DNA from: an uncultured Bacilli bacterium
GTDB lineage: Bacteria; Bacillota_I; Bacilli_A; RF39; UBA660
Length of the DNA stretch: 64,000 nt
NCBI GenBank assembly: GCA_944358305.1
Contig: CALVQK010000005.1
Location: 16,385 to 80,384 of the forward strand
Direction of reading: 5' to 3'
The notes beneath the pieces were generated by a model. The model was not told the DNA's origin. It searched no databases and saw only the letters and a program-made list of their open reading frames with translations. The position numbers and the translations under genes were made by a program. Of the stretch, positions 58,884 to 64,000 are shown one piece after another (position 1 is the first letter of the stretch; every line of letters begins with the position of its first letter).

Positions 58884-59261
58884 ATGCTTATAAACGATTT
58901 AATAGAAAAAGAAGATATTAAAATTGAAAACATGATATATGAAATTAGAGGCAAGCAGGTAATGCTTGATAATGATTTGGCGAGACTTTATAAATGCAAA
59001 AATGGAACTAAGACTATTAATCAAGCGGTTAAAAGACATATTAATAGATTCCCAGAAAGATATATGTTTCAATTGAGTGAAAGAGAATATGATAATTTGC
59101 GGTCCCAAGTTGGGACCACAAAAGAAAATAATAAGTCTAGAACTCTACCTTATGTATTTACAGAACAGGGTGTCGTCATGCTTGCTACTATACTTAGAAC
59201 ACCTATTGCAGAAGAAGTGAGTATAAGAATAATGGATGCTTTTGTAGCTATGAGAAAATAA
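58884..59261 (+). pseudogene. ORF6N-domain (KilA-N-like DNA-binding) protein, N-terminal half of a split gene. An in-frame TAA at 59259..59261 replaces the Tyr codon present in the intact paralog.
   Basis: EIRGKQVMLDNDLARLYKCKNGT...FPERYMFQLSEREY...PYVFTEQGVVMLATIL is the ORF6N signature. The downstream frame continues in phase into 59307..59747. Confidence 0.55.
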
Positions 59262-59306
59262 ATATCAACTAATCTAATTGAGCAAAAGTATATAAATGAT
59301 TTAGTT

Positions 59307-59747
59307 TTGAAGGATTCAAAAAGAATAGATGTGTTAGAAAATGCATTTTCTAGTTTTAACGATAAAAATAATCATATTTTTTTTGAAGGACAGATTTATG
59401 ATGCTTATTCTTTAATGATAAAGATATTTGAAAAAGCTTTAAGCAGTATCATTATAATAGATAATTATATAGATAAGAATATATTAGATATATTATCTAA
59501 AACTAATAGAAAAGTTACTTTTATTACTAATAAGTATAACAACGTAGATTATGAAAAGTATAAAGAACAATATAATAATGTAACCTTAGTAGTTAATAAC
59601 TCATTTCATGATAGATTTATTATTTTAGATAAGAAAATTTTATACCACTTTGGAGCAAGTTTTAAAGACTTAGGAAAGAAATGTTTTGCTATCACTAAGA
59701 TAGAAAGCAAAGAACTTTTAGATAGTTTGTTAGATAAGTTAGAATAA
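59307..59747 (+). pseudogene. C-terminal half of the split ORF6N paralog. Possibly independently translated from a TTG start.
   Basis: About 85% identical to residues 147..288 of ORF 59815..60681. Confidence 0.5.
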
Positions 59748-59814
59748 CAACTTTTATTAGAAATATGTTAATGTTCAAGGTTTCAACTTGAAACCTTAAA
59801 AGAAAAATATGTAA

Positions 59815-60681
59815 TTGAAGGAGGTTATGCTTATAAACGATTTAATAAATAAAGAAGATATTAAAATTGAAAACATGATTTATGAAATTAGAGGAAAACA
59901 AGTGATGCTTGATAGTGATTTGGCTAAACTATATCATGTTGAAACAAAGAGGATTAATGAGGCTGTTAAGAATAATATGGAAAAATTTCCTGAAAGATTT
60001 TCTTGGAAGTTAACAGATGAAGAAAGTAAAATGTTTTTGGTCGAAATTTTCGACCAAAAACATATGGAAACTCGTGGAGGTAGATATAGATGCCCTAGAG
60101 TTTTTACTGAACAAGGTGTTGCGATGCTTGCCACAATACTGAAATCTAAAATCGCTATACAAGTAAGTATCAGAATAATGGATACTTTTGTAGCAATGAG
60201 AAAATATATTTCAAATGATTTAATGGACTATAGTAAGATGTTAATTAATCATGAAAATAGACTTTCTTTATTAGAGAATACCTTCGATAGCTTTAAAGAT
60301 AAAAATAATCATATCTTTTTTGAAGGACAGATTTATGATGCTTATTCTTTAATGATAAAGATATTTGATAAAGCTGAAAGTGGTATCATTATAATAGATA
60401 ATTATATAGATAAGAATATATTAGATATATTATCTAAAACTAATAGAAAAGTTATTCTTATTACTAATGAGTATAAAATACAAGATTATGAGAAATATAA
60501 AGAACAGTATGATAATGTTAACTTAGTAGTTAATAACTCATTTCATGATAGATTTATCATTTTAGATAAGAAAATTTTATATCACTCTGGAGCAAGTTTT
60601 AAAGATTTAGGTAAGAAGTGTTTTGCAATTACTAAAATAGAAAGTAAAGAGCTTTTAGACGGTTTGTTAAACAAATTATAG
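59815..60681 (+). CDS. Intact ORF6N-domain protein (288 aa) with an uncharacterised C-terminal domain.
   Basis: EIRGKQVMLDSDLAKLYHVETKRINEAVKNNMEKFPERFSWKL...VFTEQGVAMLATILKS. C-terminal half matches 59307..59747. Confidence 0.6.
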   Translation: MKEVMLINDLINKEDIKIENMIYEIRGKQVMLDSDLAKLYHVETKRINEAVKNNMEKFPERFSWKLTDEESKMFLVEIFDQKHMETRGGRYRCPRVFTEQGVAMLATILKSKIAIQVSIRIMDTFVAMRKYISNDLMDYSKMLINHENRLSLLENTFDSFKDKNNHIFFEGQIYDAYSLMIKIFDKAESGIIIIDNYIDKNILDILSKTNRKVILITNEYKIQDYEKYKEQYDNVNLVVNNSFHDRFIILDKKILYHSGASFKDLGKKCFAITKIESKELLDGLLNKL

Positions 60682-60857
60682 TTGTAATCGGTTTAATACC
60701 TATTATATAAGTTACATTACCTACTAAGTGCTCTAATCTTCCAAACACTTGGTTACATGAGTTTTATCTAATCTAAAGAAAGGTCTGGTATTATAAAATA
60801 CTATTTGTTTTTTGATAATTATTATGATAATCTATAGACTGTGAAAAGAGTGATTAT

Positions 60858-61316
60858 ATGATTAAATATTATTATGCAAGAATAACAGATAGTAATTTAT
60901 ATATGGATGATATTAATCTTTTAGAGTATCTTAGTAAGTATTTTCCTGCTGTTTATACATATTATCAAGATATGATTAAGAAAAGTGAAATAGTTAATTT
61001 TAATAGATACAAAGAATCTAGAATATCTTTTAATAGAAAAGTTATGGAAGAGGGCTTATCGCCTTATTTGTTATTAAAAAAGGAAAATGGAGAGGTAAGA
61101 GAAATTAATACTAATAGTCTTTTAGTTTTATCTAACCTTAAAAAACCTAAACTAAAAAGATTAACTATTGAAGAAGTAGAAACTTTATATACTGATGATT
61201 ATAGAACAAGAACTAATAAATATGTATACTTTCCTTCAGTTTTGGATGATAACCCTATTTTTGATTTGGATTGCGTAGAAGAGGAACAATTTAAAATAAT
61301 AAAGAAAACAAACTAA
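60858..61316 (+). CDS. Hypothetical protein (152 aa).
   Basis: ORF only. Confidence 0.3.
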   Translation: MIKYYYARITDSNLYMDDINLLEYLSKYFPAVYTYYQDMIKKSEIVNFNRYKESRISFNRKVMEEGLSPYLLLKKENGEVREINTNSLLVLSNLKKPKLKRLTIEEVETLYTDDYRTRTNKYVYFPSVLDDNPIFDLDCVEEEQFKIIKKTN

Positions 61317-61792
61317 GCTTTTTTACTTAGTCTGTTTTTAAATATAATTTTAAATATAAATCTAACAATTGGTCCAGCATAAAATAACTGAAAGCACATA
61401 GCCATAGGAAAACTTAAAACCATAGATTGTAACCAACTAGATATAAAAATATCAAGACTGGGTTTATTTATAAATATAGTTGCTATTAAACTCATAATAG
61501 GACACATAAAAGTAACTATTACAATAGAGATTCCATAACTTATAAGAATACTAGGTGTTTTCTTAGGATCAAACACTTTAAAAGCTAGTTTGTGGGCAAT
61601 TTTCCCTATTAAGAAAAATTCTAAAATAATAGCAACAATCCACATAAAAGGTAATTCTTTAAAAGCTTCTAAAAATATAAGGTTATTTAAGCCGCCAGTA
61701 TGAATAGAAATATTATAGCAAATCATAACATATACCATTAAAAAAGCCATTATTAAAGTATAGATAAAGTCTTGTAATTTAGTTTGTGGCAT
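61313..61792 (-). CDS. Hypothetical membrane protein (4 TM).
   Basis: Hydrophobic profile. RBS ggaggataattATG on the minus strand. Confidence 0.4.
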   Translation of the reverse strand: MPQTKLQDFIYTLIMAFLMVYVMICYNISIHTGGLNNLIFLEAFKELPFMWIVAIILEFFLIGKIAHKLAFKVFDPKKTPSILISYGISIVIVTFMCPIMSLIATIFINKPSLDIFISSWLQSMVLSFPMAMCFQLFYAGPIVRFIFKIIFKNRLSKKA

Positions 61793-62000
61793 AATTATCC
61801 TCCTTTCCTACAATATAAAAACAGCATCATTTTTCAATGTGTTGTTCGTTAGCATCTTAGAGATGTTTCGTTTCCAATTTAACCATTAAATCTGTTTCCT
61901 TAGTGATTTTAGCACAGTTTAGAAAAATATGTAAGAAAAAATTTATTTTTGTAGTAATTTTTATAAATTTATAGTATATTTTAGGTAAGGAGGAAGTATT

Positions 62001-62429
62001 ATGACACTTTTTTGGTTAGTATTATTTGTTATTTTATCATTATTTGAACTTGCTACTGTAAATTTGGTATCTATTTGGTTTGCAATAGGAGCAATTATCA
62101 CAACATTTGTATCTTTAGTAACTGATAATGTAATGATACATTTAGCAGTATTCACTATTGCGTCAATTCTTTTATTACTTTTAACAAAACCATTTGTTAA
62201 GAAAATAAAAAAAAGAGAAGTTGTTCCTACTAACTTAGATAGAGTTATTGGTAAAGTTGGAGTGGTTACAGAAAAGGTTCTACAGGATGGAATTGGTGAA
62301 GTTAAAGTTCTAGGTAAGAAGTGGAGTGCATATAGTGATAAAGAAATAAAAGAAAATAGTAAAGTAAAGGTATTATCTATTAATGGAGTAAAACTTAAAG
62401 TAGAAGAGATTAAGGAGAGTGATAAATAA
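62001..62429 (+). CDS. NfeD-family membrane protein (OB-fold C-terminus), partner of the SPFH protein.
   Basis: Two N-terminal TMs, then a beta-rich C-terminus GKVGVVTEKVLQDGIGEVKVLGKKWSA. Stop overlaps the downstream SPFH start. Confidence 0.65.
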   Translation: MTLFWLVLFVILSLFELATVNLVSIWFAIGAIITTFVSLVTDNVMIHLAVFTIASILLLLLTKPFVKKIKKREVVPTNLDRVIGKVGVVTEKVLQDGIGEVKVLGKKWSAYSDKEIKENSKVKVLSINGVKLKVEEIKESDK

Positions 62430-63313
62430 TGTTTTGGGTTATATTAATAGTAATTATTGTTATTGTAATATTAGGAGTAAAAGTAATTCCACAATCACAA
62501 GCGAAAGTAATAGAACGTCTTGGGACTTATTATAAGACGCTTGGAACAGGTCCTCATTATGTAGTACCATTTATTGATAGAGTGGCATCTACTGTTTCTT
62601 TAAAGGAAATAGTTAAAGATTTTGCACCACAACCTGTTATTACTAAAGATAATGTTACGATGCAAATTGATACAGTTGTTTATTTTCAAATAACTGATCC
62701 TAAACTTTATACTTATGGAGTAGAAAATCCTATTAATGCCATTGAAAATTTAACAGCAACAACACTACGTAATATTATTGGTGAGTTAGAACTTGATCAA
62801 ACCTTAACATCAAGAGATATTATTAATTCAAAGATGAGATCAATTTTAGATGAAGCGACTGATCCTTGGGGTATTAAAGTAAATAGAGTTGAAGTTAAAA
62901 ATATTATTCCACCACGTGATATTCAAGATGCTATGGAAAAACAAATGCGTGCTGAACGTGAAAGACGTGAGAAGATATTGCAAGCAGAAGGAGAGAAAAA
63001 AGCTGCTGTATTAATCGCTGAAGGTGAGAAAGAAAGTACAGTTTTAAGAGCAGAGGCTCAGAAGGAAGCAGCAATTAAGAAGGCAGAAGGAGAAGCTGAA
63101 GCAATTATTAAAATTAAAAATGCTGAAGCTGAAGGTATTAAATTACTTAAAGAGGCTAAAGCAGATGCTTCAGTTTTAAAACTAAAGAGTTATGATGCAA
63201 TGGTAAAAGTTGCTAATGGACAATCTACTAAGATAATAGTTCCTAGTGAATTACAAAGTTTAGTAACAGCAGGAACGGTATTAAGTGAAACATTTAAAGA
63301 AGGAAAGAAATAA
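62429..63313 (+). CDS. SPFH/band-7 (stomatin/flotillin-like) protein.
   Basis: N-terminal TM. SPFH core VIERLGTYYKTLGTGPHYVVPFID..TKDNVTMQIDTVVYFQITDP. C-terminal coiled-coil (Ala/Glu-rich). Confidence 0.8.
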   Translation: MFWVILIVIIVIVILGVKVIPQSQAKVIERLGTYYKTLGTGPHYVVPFIDRVASTVSLKEIVKDFAPQPVITKDNVTMQIDTVVYFQITDPKLYTYGVENPINAIENLTATTLRNIIGELELDQTLTSRDIINSKMRSILDEATDPWGIKVNRVEVKNIIPPRDIQDAMEKQMRAERERREKILQAEGEKKAAVLIAEGEKESTVLRAEAQKEAAIKKAEGEAEAIIKIKNAEAEGIKLLKEAKADASVLKLKSYDAMVKVANGQSTKIIVPSELQSLVTAGTVLSETFKEGKK

Positions 63314-63503
63314 TTTGCATTTCTTTCTTTTATTAATATGAATTCATAATGATACTAATTAGTAGATATTTGTAAAGTAATAGTGATTATAATAATAAGC
63401 ACTATTTTTTTATTTGAATAATTGGACTCCATGTGTTAGAATTGTAATAGATAAAGTATAAGAATAAAAGATAAAGGTAAGCTAAATAGTAAGGAGAATA
63501 TTT

Positions 63504-64000
63504 ATGAAGAAAAAAGAGAATATAGTAATAATAGTACTATTAGTGTTAATGTTAGTTGCTATAATAGGTGTAAGTTATGCAGCGTTTAACTTTAGTCAGC
63601 AAGGTAATACACCAAATAAAATAACAACAGGATCAATAACAATGACATATACAGAAAGTGATAATAAAATAAGTTTGAATGGGGCATTACCTACAACAGA
63701 TAAGACAGGAATGGTAAGATTAACAGCAGGAGAATATTTTGATTTTAATGTTTCTAGTCAAATAACAGGTGATGTAAATATCAACTATGAGATAAGTGCA
63801 AAAGAAGTAGGAGATGGGACGATAGATGGTTCTAATATCAAACTTTATTTAACAAAGTTAAATGATGATGGAACAGAGGAAGCCCTAATGGTACCAGAAG
63901 TGTATAATGTAGAGGCTAATGCTAATGATTATACAGGAAGACCATCAGGAGAGATGAGTTTATATACAAGTAGCATGAACTCAAGTGAATCTAATAATTA
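63504..64000 (+). CDS. 3'-truncated paralog of the DGR target gene (window edge). The N-terminal 165 aa are about 95% identical to the 7288..9006 protein.
   Basis: MKKKENIVIIVLLVLMLVAIIGVSYAAFNFSQQGNTPNKITTGSITMTYTESDNK... Nucleotide identity to 7288..7780 is high throughout. Confidence 0.7.
   Translation, partial: MKKKENIVIIVLLVLMLVAIIGVSYAAFNFSQQGNTPNKITTGSITMTYTESDNKISLNGALPTTDKTGMVRLTAGEYFDFNVSSQITGDVNINYEISAKEVGDGTIDGSNIKLYLTKLNDDGTEEALMVPEVYNVEANANDYTGRPSGEMSLYTSSMNSSESNN

Overview
About 28% GC chromosomal segment from an anaerobic, spore-forming Firmicute (Clostridia/Erysipelotrichia-like). The backbone is housekeeping and sporulation genes: priA (5' partial), sigK-like, yqeG-yqeH, frr, T-box-regulated HAD-pheS-pheT, comEA-comEC, spoIIGA-sigE, PerR/[FeFe]-hydrogenase/rubrerythrin, rnhB, topA, and two SEDS/PBP/mraY division clusters. 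Interleaved is accessory material. Most notable is a diversity-generating retroelement (DGR). Its template repeat (TR, 9119..9217) matches a variable repeat (VR, 8834..8932) at the 3' end of a secreted gene (7243..9006). They differ at 18 positions, 17 of which are TR adenines (AAY to NNY codons). Associated parts are an Avd-like gene (12369..12728) and a reverse transcriptase carrying the DGR-specific IGNVTSQ and YMDD motifs (12709..13824). The target belongs to a four-member paralog family (7243, 35382, 37215, 63504) with SipW-cognate/TasA-like N-termini and DUF1566/FGE-like C-type-lectin-fold C-termini. Other accessory elements: a tandem Rpn nuclease array between TR and avd-RT; a type III toxin-antitoxin-like locus (two 34-35 nt repeats, terminator, ToxN/AbiQ-like ORF); an AbiEi/AbiEii pair; tandem ORF6N-domain genes with palindromic operators, one copy split by an in-frame stop; a frameshifted NUDIX gene; and a sortase with an NPETS substrate.
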